Made by a program: the position numbers and the translations under genes | Virus record (IMG/VR): IMGVR_UViG_3300044655_002046 | DNA: 64,000 bases | Strand: one strand, 5' to 3' | From: a virus | Notes under the pieces: model-generated | Database searches by the model: none | Told to the model about the DNA's origin: nothing | What the model saw: the letters and a program-made list of their open reading frames with translations, nothing else | Shown here: positions 1 to 9,638 of the stretch, piece after piece | Layout: each line of letters opens with the position of its first letter | How positions within the stretch are numbered: the first letter of the stretch is position 1

Positions 1-86
1 GTGGACGGGTTAGCAATGTAAATCCCGATCAAACTTTAAACTTTAAAATCCTGTGTAAATTTACATGGGAAACAATCAAACTTGAT

Positions 87-560
87 TTGACATTGACATC
101 TCTTAAATCTAATCAAATTAAAAAAGATTTAATAGACACCTTAAATTCAGGAGAATACTATATCTGGATCAAAGGAAAAGTCACCTCTTTTTCAGTCCTC
201 ACGGTTCGTGTCAAAGAGTGGGGTTTCTGCTGGGGTAATTTACTTATTAGCAAATCTCTTGAGTATGATTTAAAGGTTAGTTACGAAAACTTGTCTGACG
301 ACGCAAGAAAATGGGTTGATACTTTAGAATCATCTACTAATCCAAGAGTTAAACAGCTTTTAGAGTGGTGGTACTGGCAAGGAAGCGGGCGAATAAAAGG
401 TGTTAACCCTTCTCCTATTGACACTCTTAAATTCTGGGGACTCACGACCTTTATTCCCATTTATACGGGAATCTCTATACCACAATCAATCAGGAAAGAT
501 TTCGTTCTTTTTAAAAGGGCGTTACTGTTAGCTTCAATGCGTTTAGTCGAAAACGATTAG
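87..560 (+). CDS. hypothetical protein, tandem paralog family (YxxLPxEAKxYV / TGxxIPxxLxK motifs)
   Basis: SYENLSDDARKWVDTL and YTGISIPQSIRK match motifs in ORFs 633, 1051 and 2054. Confidence 0.65.
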   Translation: MTLTSLKSNQIKKDLIDTLNSGEYYIWIKGKVTSFSVLTVRVKEWGFCWGNLLISKSLEYDLKVSYENLSDDARKWVDTLESSTNPRVKQLLEWWYWQGSGRIKGVNPSPIDTLKFWGLTTFIPIYTGISIPQSIRKDFVLFKRALLLASMRLVEND

Positions 561-632
561 CGTATTTAGAAGTCTGATTAGTTATTAGTTATCAGTTATC
601 AGTAAAAATTAACACAATTAGGGAGTAAACCA

Positions 633-1010
633 ATGGACACTCAAACCTATCAAATACTAATCGATTCAAGCTACGATGAGTTACCAAGCGAAGCCAAGTA
701 TTACGTCAATCGCTTAGTTCTTAAAACATCAAAAAAACCCTTTGTGTCGAAAATACTAAAAGGATACCATAGTAGCGCAATCAAATCAAACAACGTAGAT
801 GTACTTTTAAGTGGTGCGTTTATTGACTCTAATCCATTTAAAAGAGCAGGATGTTTTTGGTACTTAAAAATTAAGATATTCCTGTCTCTTTTTTCGCTAC
901 TAACAGGGATAGTGATACCTGAACTTCTTAAGAAAAACTTTTGTCTTTTTCTGCAATCTGTCGTCATAGCTTCTTACTATATAGGAAGTAATAAATCTTC
1001 CTTTGATTGA
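633..1010 (+). CDS. hypothetical protein, same paralog family
   Basis: SYDELPSEAKYYVNRLV...LTGIVIPELLKK; GGAG RBS upstream. Confidence 0.75.
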   Translation: MDTQTYQILIDSSYDELPSEAKYYVNRLVLKTSKKPFVSKILKGYHSSAIKSNNVDVLLSGAFIDSNPFKRAGCFWYLKIKIFLSLFSLLTGIVIPELLKKNFCLFLQSVVIASYYIGSNKSSFD

Positions 1011-1050
1011 GACTACGAATAAAGCAAAACAACTGAAAATAACCTAAAAT

Positions 1051-1482
1051 ATGAGTAACAAAATGATTAGTTACGGAGCTACATTGGAAATCAAAAGTGT
1101 TTGTGATAATTTACCTAAATCAAGAAAAGATTTTATCGCTGATTTAGTCAATGAAGCAAAACAAAAACCACAGTTTTCAGCATTGCTTAAACATTGTTAC
1201 AACCGCACTATTGCCAATGGGCTAGTTTATGCGTTCGGTATAGTAAACGAAAATACTGTACTGTATTTTCGTGAAGTTCTCAAAAATCAACTACTGTTAG
1301 CTATAGTAACATTGTTTCTAAAAGTCGATGTTCCTGACCATCTTAGAAAGAATACTAATCTTTTTGCGGTAGCTACTGCAATAGCTTCAATTATATTTGT
1401 AGAAGGAGAGCTAGATGGTGTATACTTTCTCAGTCTAGAGCATTTTAATCTAGAAAATCCTAAGTGTGCACTAAAAGAGTAA
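1051..1482 (+). CDS. hypothetical protein, same paralog family
   Basis: DNLPKSRKDFIADLVNEAKQ...VDVPDHLRKN. Confidence 0.75.
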   Translation: MSNKMISYGATLEIKSVCDNLPKSRKDFIADLVNEAKQKPQFSALLKHCYNRTIANGLVYAFGIVNENTVLYFREVLKNQLLLAIVTLFLKVDVPDHLRKNTNLFAVATAIASIIFVEGELDGVYFLSLEHFNLENPKCALKE

Positions 1483-1641
1483 AACAGAATCCAAAATACG
1501 GAACATCTCACACTAACTTACAATTCTAATATACCTAACTAAAACATTGCAGATATTCAGCATTATATGGCAGGCAACAGACTACCAGTTCTTATCATTT
1601 ATTAGTTATCAGTAAAAATAAATAACCATAGGAGTAAATAA

Positions 1642-2012
1642 ATGTCTGTGTTTCCAGTTTTCAAGATAATCAGGATGCTTCGATCTCCAAAAAATGACAT
1701 GACAGATTTTATTTTTTTAGGGCAAAAATATCGATTAATAGCAAGACCAATAAAATACTGGAAGGATTTCTCGTGGTTTCGTGGTAAAAAGGTTTTCTAT
1801 CAATGCCCGTGGTTAACGTTTTTCTCTTTTCCTAGCGTCAATCCTAGCGTTTTGCTAGACAATAAAAGTAATTGCTACTAACAGGTGCATCAATACCTAA
1901 ACTTCTCAAAGAAAACTATGGTCTTTTTATACAATTTCTTGTTATAGCTTCTAGGTATTATGTAAGAAGTAATGTCGGTGAATCTGGTCCCTATTATTGG
2001 GACCACGAATAA
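1642..2012 (+). pseudogene. frameshifted member of the paralog family
   Basis: ORF 1642-1881 stops early; another frame from 1872 reads LLLTGASIPKLLKENYGLFIQFLVIASRYY, matching the C-terminus of ORF 633. Confidence 0.6.
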
Positions 2013-2053
2013 AGTAAAACAGGCAAAAATAACCTAAAACAGGAGTAACATCA

Positions 2054-2482
2054 ATGGATATTCAACGCGCAATATTGGTTAGAAACCAATACAATAGCTT
2101 ACCTACCGAAGCTAAACAATACGTTGACGCTTTAGTCAATGAAGCAAAACAGAATCCTAAGTCAAAATACTTAGAACAATTCTATAAAGACGCAATTAAA
2201 GGTAGTGTAATGGATACATACGTACAATTAAAATACAATGATGTCAATGATGCTAATGATGTCAAAAAAGATTGGATTTCGTTTGTAGCTTTTAAAGCTT
2301 GGTTATTTTTTGCCACATTTTTAACAGGCGTTTCTACCCCTAAACAGTTGAAAAAAAATTCTAACTTGTTTATGCTTTCTATAACTATAGCCTCTAATTT
2401 TGTAGTAGAGGGTGATTATAAAGAAATATACGGAACGTCACATATCTGGGGACTAACTTACAATCCTAATGTACTTAACTAA
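2054..2482 (+). CDS. hypothetical protein, same paralog family
   Basis: QYNSLPTEAKQYVDALVNEAKQ...LTGVSTPKQLKKN; AGGAG RBS. Confidence 0.75.
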   Translation: MDIQRAILVRNQYNSLPTEAKQYVDALVNEAKQNPKSKYLEQFYKDAIKGSVMDTYVQLKYNDVNDANDVKKDWISFVAFKAWLFFATFLTGVSTPKQLKKNSNLFMLSITIASNFVVEGDYKEIYGTSHIWGLTYNPNVLN

Positions 2483-2556
2483 AACATTGCAAATATCCGA
2501 CATTATATGGGGAGCTACAGACTACTAGTTCTTATCATTTATTAGGGAGTAAATAA

Positions 2557-3411
2557 ATGAGCATTAAACCGCAACTTTTCAAGCAATCGTATATGAAACT
2601 TAAAGGCACTATTCGGCTATTTTTAGAAGGTTCAGAAGAGGGCTTAAAGTACCTAGCAGATTTACATCAATCGGGGGAATTGCAAGCTCTTCTCAATGAA
2701 CTTAAATCAGACAATATGCACGAAATTATCGTCACAAAAACAAAGCTCACTACAGATGCAAAAGTTATTGAAAAAGCCGAATTAATTAAGGCAATTCGAG
2801 AGGGAACAATCGATAAGACAACTCTACAACAAGTTGATTTAAGTGGGGCTAATCTGTGGGGGGCTTTCTTGAGTGATGCTAACCTGAGTGAGGCTTACCT
2901 GAGTGGGGCTAACCTGTGGGGGGCCTTCCTGAAAGAGGCTGATCTGAGTGGGGCTATCCTGAGTGGGGCTAACCTGAGTGGGGCTTTCCTGAAAGAGGCT
3001 GACCTGTGGGGGGCCTTCCTAAGAGAGGCTGACCTGAGTGGGGCTGACCTGAGAGGGGCTACTCTGAGTAGGGCTAACCTGAGAGGGGCTACTCTGAGTG
3101 GGGCTAACCTGTGGGGGGCCTTCTTAAGAGAGGCTGACCTGAGTGAGACCATTCTGAGTGGGGCTAACCTAAGAGGGGCTAACCTAAGAGGGGCCATTCT
3201 GAGTGGAGCTAACCTAAGAGGGGCTATTCTGAGTGGGGCTAACCTAAGAGGGGCTAACCTAAGAGGGGCTATTCTGAGTGGGGCTGACCTGAGTGGGGCT
3301 GATGTTGAAAACGCTATCTTTATCGATGCAGCGGGGATCACCTCTGAACAAGAACAGGATTTAATTCGACAAGGGGCAATTCTATTGCGAAATTCTAATG
3401 TACCTAACTAA
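2557..3411 (+). CDS. pentapeptide repeat protein
   Basis: Long A(N/D)L(S/R/W)GA pentapeptide run; N-terminal domain nearly identical to the segment at ~23754-24035. Confidence 0.95.
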   Translation: MSIKPQLFKQSYMKLKGTIRLFLEGSEEGLKYLADLHQSGELQALLNELKSDNMHEIIVTKTKLTTDAKVIEKAELIKAIREGTIDKTTLQQVDLSGANLWGAFLSDANLSEAYLSGANLWGAFLKEADLSGAILSGANLSGAFLKEADLWGAFLREADLSGADLRGATLSRANLRGATLSGANLWGAFLREADLSETILSGANLRGANLRGAILSGANLRGAILSGANLRGANLRGAILSGADLSGADVENAIFIDAAGITSEQEQDLIRQGAILLRNSNVPN

Positions 3412-4081
3412 AACATCACAGATCTCCGACATTATATGGGGAGCAACAGACTACCAGTTCCTATCATTATACAAACCTACCCCTGAAGAAGCAGGACGCT
3501 TTATCCAACTCTGGTTCGAGGATATGGAGCCCCACATTAACTATACGCGGTTACATGCTAGGGTAAGAGGCGGTCAAGATAAGTGTAATAAGCACTATCT
3601 CACTAATGTGCTGGAGTTAGGTATAGTCGCATGGGGGGCCGACTTTTATCATGATAAGAATTCAGTAGACGAATGGCGCATTCACTATTATAGTCCAACA
3701 ATAAGGCGCCTTGTTGAGAGTACCGACCTCCGTATGCCGGGGGGTAATCTGCGCTATTACTGCCAGCTGGCTATGATAGCTAATTCTGACTCCGTTAAAG
3801 GAGTATGGGCTCGTCGTACTCAGCATTATAGGAGAGATAGTTATCAGCGCCATAACCATGGTGAGTTTGGTATGACTAAGGAGGAGATGCAATTAGTAGT
3901 AGAGAATATAGAGCCTATACTCGAGACGGGCCTGTTGATAAAGTGGGGCGATTACTACTACTGGCCCGGCGCGCGAACGCGACATCTGCTGTCTAACAGC
4001 AATAAGGAGCTTCTCATCATGAACAGTGACGCTCTAGAGATAGGTAGACTTAAGCAGAGGAGAAAGCAAAATGCAGGATAA
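3398..4081 (+). CDS. hypothetical phage protein
   Basis: 227-aa ORF overlapping its neighbours, phage-type codon usage. Confidence 0.65.
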   Translation: MYLTKTSQISDIIWGATDYQFLSLYKPTPEEAGRFIQLWFEDMEPHINYTRLHARVRGGQDKCNKHYLTNVLELGIVAWGADFYHDKNSVDEWRIHYYSPTIRRLVESTDLRMPGGNLRYYCQLAMIANSDSVKGVWARRTQHYRRDSYQRHNHGEFGMTKEEMQLVVENIEPILETGLLIKWGDYYYWPGARTRHLLSNSNKELLIMNSDALEIGRLKQRRKQNAG

Positions 4082-4445
4082 GGCAATTGATATCGTGAAG
4101 ACATGGGCCTATCAGAATCTAAGCCTAGATTCTGATAATAAATTTATCGTAGTTCATATCAATCGATCTAGTTACGTAGTAAGCGACAATATTAGAGAAG
4201 ACCGGCCTGATGATAATGACGGTGATATGTACTTCCTATCATATATTCATGGTGATGTAGATGTCTCTATCTTCCTGGGTACTAATGGAGATGTAATTGT
4301 CGCTCGTGATAGAATCGATGAAAAGGACGACCCCTCTTTATTAATCGGCAGTATAACCGATATTATAGATGGTAAGGCCCTCTTTCCTATAAGCCGACTA
4401 GATAATCATGACCCCAGAACAGATTCAGAAACTACGCGACAATAA
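4071..4445 (+). CDS. hypothetical acidic protein
   Basis: 124-aa ORF, coupled overlap, GGAG RBS. Confidence 0.6.
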   Translation: MQDKAIDIVKTWAYQNLSLDSDNKFIVVHINRSSYVVSDNIREDRPDDNDGDMYFLSYIHGDVDVSIFLGTNGDVIVARDRIDEKDDPSLLIGSITDIIDGKALFPISRLDNHDPRTDSETTRQ

Positions 4446-4656
4446 TTGGACCCTAGATAACCTCCAGGGCGTATCAGATAAAGAACTCGATTGGGTACAG
4501 AGCGTACTGGCCCTTCGAGAATACTACGAGGAGACTGGTAGAGAGTTAACCCAGAGCAATATAGACTGGATTAACACCTTTCTCCTTTCTAACTACGAGG
4601 AGAGCGACGCTGATCTACCTCTCGAGCAGCCCGAGCTGCCTCAAGAGCAAACTTAG
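4408..4656 (+). CDS. hypothetical acidic protein
   Basis: 82-aa ORF in the same operon. Confidence 0.55.
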   Translation: MTPEQIQKLRDNNWTLDNLQGVSDKELDWVQSVLALREYYEETGRELTQSNIDWINTFLLSNYEESDADLPLEQPELPQEQT

Positions 4657-4825
4657 CCGCCTTATTAATAACACGTGCTCTCTCCTGCTTAGTTAGATTA
4701 CCGTGGCCCCGCAGTTTAAGAGCACTCAATGCGCTGCGCTTATCGAATATAGGGAATTTATCCCCTACTGTACCGTACTGGGCCCGCGCTTCTGCTGTTA
4801 CATTGCCCTTCTTGGTTCTCTTCAT
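4589..4825 (-). CDS. small basic phage protein
   Basis: KFPIFDKRSALSALKLRGH resembles conserved small phage proteins; family not confirmed. Confidence 0.55.
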   Translation of the reverse strand: MKRTKKGNVTAEARAQYGTVGDKFPIFDKRSALSALKLRGHGNLTKQERARVINKAAKFALEAARAAREVDQRRSPRS

Positions 4826-4952
4826 ATGCGTTGTTGACTAGATATGGTTATGCTGACAGATGGGCGGGCCCTAATAGTAAACTTAGTAGTAGTCCCAATA
4901 TAGAAAATTCTATATTGGAAAACATTTAATTATCTTGAATGTCAAGGTAAAG

Positions 4953-4981
4953 ACCGTTCGGCTGAGCTCACGACCGAAGCC
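4953..4981. repeat. cyanobacterial REP-like palindrome
   Basis: ccgttcggctgagctcacgaccgaagcc; related sequence nested at ~13060-13086. Confidence 0.55.
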
Positions 4982-5072
4982 CTCGCTAAAGTGAGGGGAG
5001 TGTTAATTAAAGTGCTACAATATTAATGCCCTCACGTCAACAAGGGACTAACCATTTTATTCGACGGCGATT

Positions 5073-5366
5073 TTGGAGATGACTATGAGTAAGGCAATGG
5101 ATGTGACCAGCACTGCAGACGCACAAACTGGTAAGGTTTCGGACATCAAAGTTGTTGGCAACTGTGATGCATTCCAGCTTCTCTTTAAAGCCAGCAGCGA
5201 GGAACAAGGTTGGATGAAGTCGTGTAAAGCAATGGAGACACCAGGTGGATGCGTCGTGCAAGTGACGACACAGCAGAACGACAATGTGGCTGAAGCGTTG
5301 ACGTTTGTTCCAGGTGTCAAGATTGCAGAAGACATCAACGGCGGACGAAAGCTCGTTTCGCTGTAG
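5073..5366 (+). CDS. conserved small phage protein
   Basis: 97-aa ORF, GGAG RBS; KASSEEQGWMKSCKAM...VQVTTQQ resembles phage hypothetical proteins. Confidence 0.65.
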   Translation: MEMTMSKAMDVTSTADAQTGKVSDIKVVGNCDAFQLLFKASSEEQGWMKSCKAMETPGGCVVQVTTQQNDNVAEALTFVPGVKIAEDINGGRKLVSL

Positions 5367-5508
5367 TCTTTGGTGTTTGTTTGATGGGCGGCATCTTTGG
5401 GTGTCGTCCGTCGAACAAGGAGTCAATATAGCTAATTCTAGTTTACAGCCTTTTGCCAGCTTGTTTAAATTGCTAGATTGTGCTAAAATTAAATGAAGTG
5501 GAGAATTT

Positions 5509-6981
5509 ATGCCGTACATCCAAACTAATCTAAAACTCACTATTAGTCAATATCATTATTTGCGCGAGCTAACAGCTGGCATGGATAGTGATAGTCGACG
5601 TTTATTCATCCACACGTTTTTGTGCCAGCGCCAGATGCGTGCTAAGTCTGATTACCACGCGTGGAAGGGAGTACCACTGCCACGTAAGAGCTTCATTCAC
5701 GTCTACTGTAGAAATTATAGCTGGGAGAGCGTAAAACCGTTTATGACGCGGGCCCCCTACTACGCTAAGGAAGGAATCTGCTTCCGCTACCGTATCCACG
5801 AGCACATCATCGATACCTTCATTGAGAAGGGAGAGGATTTACTACTGAGCCCCTCTCGACTACAGGATCAGTGGTTCGTTGATGCAGATGGCCGCCCGCT
5901 TCCTAAACTTAATAGGCCGCTTAGTAGCGCACCGTCGACACAGGTTGATTTGGGCTATGGCATCGCGTGGCTGATACGTCAACGAGATCGGATAGAGCGT
6001 ACTCGCGATAGTCTGAGTGATGTTGAGCTGGCTAGTAAACGGGCCCGCTACCTTCATAACCTAAACTGCTATCAGGGTATACTCGAGCGCGTAACGAGTA
6101 TCGACTACACGAAACGTCAGGCAGAGTACTCGCAAGAACTAACCCAACCTCACGAGGGGCTCCGTGTATACGAGAAGGGAGGCGGCCTCCAGGGTGCTAG
6201 TAGGAACTTCAGAGAGGTGCTGCTAATATCCAGCCCTGTGATTAACTATGATGTCGTCAAGTGCCACGCGACGATTGCCCATCATGAGATGGAGAAGCTA
6301 GGTATTAGTTCCCATCTGGATGAGATGCTATCGGGCCGTGTGAGTTCTCCTGACCCCCTACTGTCTGTAGGCACTGTGAAGACAGCCGTGTTAGCAGTAA
6401 TCAATGGGGCCCGGCTCGTTAAGCGTCTCAGTACCCGCTTCACTATACCGCGATTAGTACTAGAAGAGCCACTCCTAGCTGATAAGGATACAACCATTAA
6501 GTCACGGGCCCTCGCTCGCCTAGTAAGATACCTTAAAGGCATAGCTACCAGCATAGCGAAGTGGTCTAAACTAATACCCAAGCACGAGAAGATAGCAGCC
6601 ATGTCCGCTCTACTTCAACGTATAGAAGTAGACAGTCTACGAGACATCCACGACCTCGCATCCAACAATCAGCACGACGGTGCCCTGATCCATAACTCCA
6701 TCAACGTCAGTGAGGTAGAATCGGGCTACCTACTCGTGCAACCCAAACCCATCTCCTCACCCGACCCCGAGGAGTCCGTCACCGTGTGCGGCCGCCAGAT
6801 CGAGATCATACCATTCAACGCAGAGTGTGCCAACATCGCGGACATCATCATGGGCGCGGGTACCCGGCTCCAGGCCACAACAGGATACGGAAACTGGGCC
6901 CCCACCCCCCATAAGAATACCGTTAGTAGATCAGATAGCAGCGCTGATACATCGAATCTCAGCGCTGATGATAGTAATTAA
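5509..6981 (+). CDS. divergent superfamily-A polymerase-like protein (TV-Pol-like), no exonuclease domain
   Basis: Ordered motifs LRVYEKGGGLQ, INYDVVKCH (motif A), KTAVLAVING (motif B), LQRIE, NQHDGALI (motif C). Confidence 0.5.
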   Translation: MPYIQTNLKLTISQYHYLRELTAGMDSDSRRLFIHTFLCQRQMRAKSDYHAWKGVPLPRKSFIHVYCRNYSWESVKPFMTRAPYYAKEGICFRYRIHEHIIDTFIEKGEDLLLSPSRLQDQWFVDADGRPLPKLNRPLSSAPSTQVDLGYGIAWLIRQRDRIERTRDSLSDVELASKRARYLHNLNCYQGILERVTSIDYTKRQAEYSQELTQPHEGLRVYEKGGGLQGASRNFREVLLISSPVINYDVVKCHATIAHHEMEKLGISSHLDEMLSGRVSSPDPLLSVGTVKTAVLAVINGARLVKRLSTRFTIPRLVLEEPLLADKDTTIKSRALARLVRYLKGIATSIAKWSKLIPKHEKIAAMSALLQRIEVDSLRDIHDLASNNQHDGALIHNSINVSEVESGYLLVQPKPISSPDPEESVTVCGRQIEIIPFNAECANIADIIMGAGTRLQATTGYGNWAPTPHKNTVSRSDSSADTSNLSADDSN

Positions 6982-7564
6982 TACCCGTACAAGGGAGACG
7001 TGTGCCTTGATTCAACAATACAATAACCTATCTATAGAATTCATTGATGTTTATGTTAGCGCTAGGGATGTTCTCAGAGCTCTCAATCTCTCTGACGATG
7101 CTCTAGAACAGGTCACTAGTCATAACAAGCTTATGAAGAACTCAACAATGGTGCTAGAACCAGCTGGTGTATATCAGCTGGTTCTTATCAATGATGAGAT
7201 AGACTTCTGGGACTGGTACAGCGACGAAGCCCTGGCTGTTGCTAAGGAGACGATGTTGCGTATGAGTAATTACATGAAGGCTCGTCGTATCCTCAAGGAT
7301 ATCATGGATGCCCCCGATGCTGTCAAGCTGCCCCGCATAGTTGATCAACTAATCGCAGCACGACAGTATAAGGATGGTATATCTAAAACTGCTGCCATAC
7401 TGTATGTAAAGCAGCAGGTAGAGAATAAGTTGAAGGAGCGCGGCCACCCTCATCCTCCTCTTATATTAACGTTCTCTGATACACACATCGATATAAAAGG
7501 CGAAGTTAAGTACGAGGACGCGTTAACCATATGCTACGAGATAGCAGGAGAATATATTGCTTGA
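6827..7564 (+). CDS. BRO-N-like DNA-binding protein (start uncertain, probably ~7000)
   Basis: YVSARDVLRALNL...LEPAGVYQLVL resembles BRO-N. Confidence 0.45.
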   Translation: MPTSRTSSWARVPGSRPQQDTETGPPPPIRIPLVDQIAALIHRISALMIVINTRTRETCALIQQYNNLSIEFIDVYVSARDVLRALNLSDDALEQVTSHNKLMKNSTMVLEPAGVYQLVLINDEIDFWDWYSDEALAVAKETMLRMSNYMKARRILKDIMDAPDAVKLPRIVDQLIAARQYKDGISKTAAILYVKQQVENKLKERGHPHPPLILTFSDTHIDIKGEVKYEDALTICYEIAGEYIA

Positions 7565-8048
7565 GACTGTATTGGCGCTGCCCGCCATTAGACAAGACAG
7601 AACAGCACTACCCTTCGTCTTCCCAGAGTTATCCCTCTATACTCTCCTGAGTATAGAAGATATCATTCCTGACATCACTATCAACGTAGTGGCTACCAGA
7701 CCGTGGGCCCAGGGCACACACTATAGCACTATGTATTGGACTGTTCTGGTAGTGCGTTATCAGAACAGTCCCTTCTTAGTAGTGGGCCGTCGTTACGTGA
7801 CAGATGAACTTAGTCCTAATGAAACGGCCCTCCGCTATGTAATAGACCAGGACCTCTATCGTACGGCTATCAACTACGCACTACAGCAGGAGACAGAGGA
7901 GGTAGTCTTTACTAATAAGGAGCGGCCCCTCGATAAGGAGAAGGCCCAGGCCTTTCATCGTGTAGGTGGAGAGATACGCTTTATAGAGGCCGATGCTCTC
8001 AGTTGCACCATTGGGGACATCAATACATTACTTGACATCTTATTATGA
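7557..8048 (+). CDS. hypothetical phage protein
   Basis: 163-aa ORF coupled to its neighbours. Confidence 0.6.
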   Translation: MLETVLALPAIRQDRTALPFVFPELSLYTLLSIEDIIPDITINVVATRPWAQGTHYSTMYWTVLVVRYQNSPFLVVGRRYVTDELSPNETALRYVIDQDLYRTAINYALQQETEEVVFTNKERPLDKEKAQAFHRVGGEIRFIEADALSCTIGDINTLLDILL

Positions 8049-8983
8049 AACATCAAAATATGCAATCAAAGAAAGTTCCAGTCTCAGTTAAAACGTTGCA
8101 AAATTTAGAATTGTTATCATTTAACTTTGAGGTGGTGCAAGTAAATGTTAAGGGTGAGCAAATCAAAAAAGAGTCAAAGCAGTCCCAATGTTTCAGGGAA
8201 AATTTGGGCAACGGCATCACCTTAGAAATGGTTGCCATCCCGAGGGGGACATTCCTGATGGGTTCACCGCAAGACGAGAAAGATAGTTACAATGATGAAC
8301 GTCCTCAACATGAGGTTAACATCCCCCCCTTTTTCATGGGCAAGTATCCCATCACCCAGACACAGTGGAGAGCAATTGCCTCTCGCACAGATTTGAAAGT
8401 AAAAAAAGACCTTGATCCTGATCCCTCCCACTTTAAAGATAGGGAAGGATCATACGCGCGCCGAGATAGACCCGTGGAACAAGTCAACTGGTACGATGCC
8501 GTCGAGTTCTGCGCGAGATTATCTAAATTAACGGGAGGGGAATACCGACTTCCCAGTGAAGCGGAATGGGAATATGCCTGTAGAGCGGGGACAACAACCG
8601 CCTTTTACTTTGGGGAAACCATTACGGGGGAATTGGCTAACTATGATGCCAGCAAAACCTACGCTGATGAACCCAAAGGAGAATATCTAAAAGAAACGAC
8701 TCCCGTGGGACAGTTTCCGCCCAATGCCTTCGGTTTGTACGATATGCACGGCAATGTCTGGGAATGGTGCGCCGATACCTGGCACGATAACTACGGTGCG
8801 CCAACGGATGGCAGTGCCTGGATAGAAAATGGGGATCATAATTGTTCTCCTCGGCGGGGCGGTTCTTGGTTCAGCTATTCCCGTCGCTGCCGTTCTGCTT
8901 ATCGCAGCAATAGCGACAGCCGCGACAGCCTCAACAGCAGCCTCGGTTTTCGGGTGGTGTGCGGTGCTGGGAGGGCTCTGTAG
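8045..8983 (+). CDS. FGE-sulfatase (SUMF1/CLec-fold) domain protein, DGR-target-like
   Basis: LEMVAIPRGTFLMGS, RLPSEAEWEYACRAG, NAFGLYDMHGNVWEWC, RGGSW...CRSAYR...GFRVVC. Confidence 0.92.
   Translation: MKHQNMQSKKVPVSVKTLQNLELLSFNFEVVQVNVKGEQIKKESKQSQCFRENLGNGITLEMVAIPRGTFLMGSPQDEKDSYNDERPQHEVNIPPFFMGKYPITQTQWRAIASRTDLKVKKDLDPDPSHFKDREGSYARRDRPVEQVNWYDAVEFCARLSKLTGGEYRLPSEAEWEYACRAGTTTAFYFGETITGELANYDASKTYADEPKGEYLKETTPVGQFPPNAFGLYDMHGNVWEWCADTWHDNYGAPTDGSAWIENGDHNCSPRRGGSWFSYSRRCRSAYRSNSDSRDSLNSSLGFRVVCGAGRAL
8855..8962 (+). other. DGR variable-region-like segment
   Basis: Run of NNC/NNT codons (AGC AAT AGC GAC AGC CGC GAC AGC CTC AAC AGC AGC CTC) before GGTTTTCGGGTGGTGTG, as expected from A-mutagenesis of an AAC-rich template. 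Confidence 0.55.
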
Positions 8984-9058
8984 CAAAAAGGAATTTAATT
9001 TAGTGCCAGCAGACTTGCAAAAATTAGGTGGCCTATGCTCTCAGCTGCGCCACTGATA

Positions 9059-9638
9059 CTTGATTTGTTAGATATGCAAACTGTGATTAAAGCCATGCAA
9101 GAAATATACCATAAGTACCCAGATATAGAGCCTCGTATCAAGAAGAGTGAATATGCAATGTTATCTTATATATTGTGCGTAATTATGCACAATGTAGATG
9201 ATGTTCCTAGAGATATTGATAAATATCTAAGGCGTTTAGGTTATACAGGTTATACAACAGACTAACCAATTATTTACCTTGAATGTGGGGGTTATCTATA
9301 CGTTTAATAATGCAAGTGAACTATTCGCTGTCACTGTTGAAGATGCAGAAGTGAGTAAACAACTAGCTTGCTGGGTTTATTAGTAGTTGATAATCTTCAA
9401 AAATGTTGTCGTACAAGGATCGACTTAAGACTTCTGTAAGAGGTATAGTGAGTTACACGACCCATCAATTAATATTCCTTGATTTGTTAGATATGTAAAC
9501 TGTAATTAAAGCCATGCAAGAAATATACCATAGTTGCCCAGATATAGAGCCTCGTATCAAGAAGAGTAAATATGCAATGTTATCTTATGCTTGCAAAATT
9601 ATGCACAATGTAGATAATGTTCCTAGACATATTGATAA
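9059..9638 (+). repeat. ~160-bp direct duplication (9059-9222 and 9478-9638) with small ORFs 9035-9265 and 9514-9726
   Basis: cttgatttgttagatatg...ccagatatagagcctcgtatcaagaagagt...attatgcacaatgtagat occurs twice. Confidence 0.9.

Larger units (their letters stand above)
1522..3468 (+). repeat. three copies of an ~80-bp direct repeat (1522-1605, 2462-2545, 3391-3468)
   Basis: aattctaatRtacctaactaaaacat...cattatatgg...acagactaccagttc.tatcatt; the third copy is the 5' coding end of ORF 3398. Confidence 0.85.

Noticed and set aside
2895-3341. Minus-strand APLR-repeat ORF (also 23827-24381)
   Set aside because: Antisense shadow of pentapeptide repeats; no independent RBS or domain.
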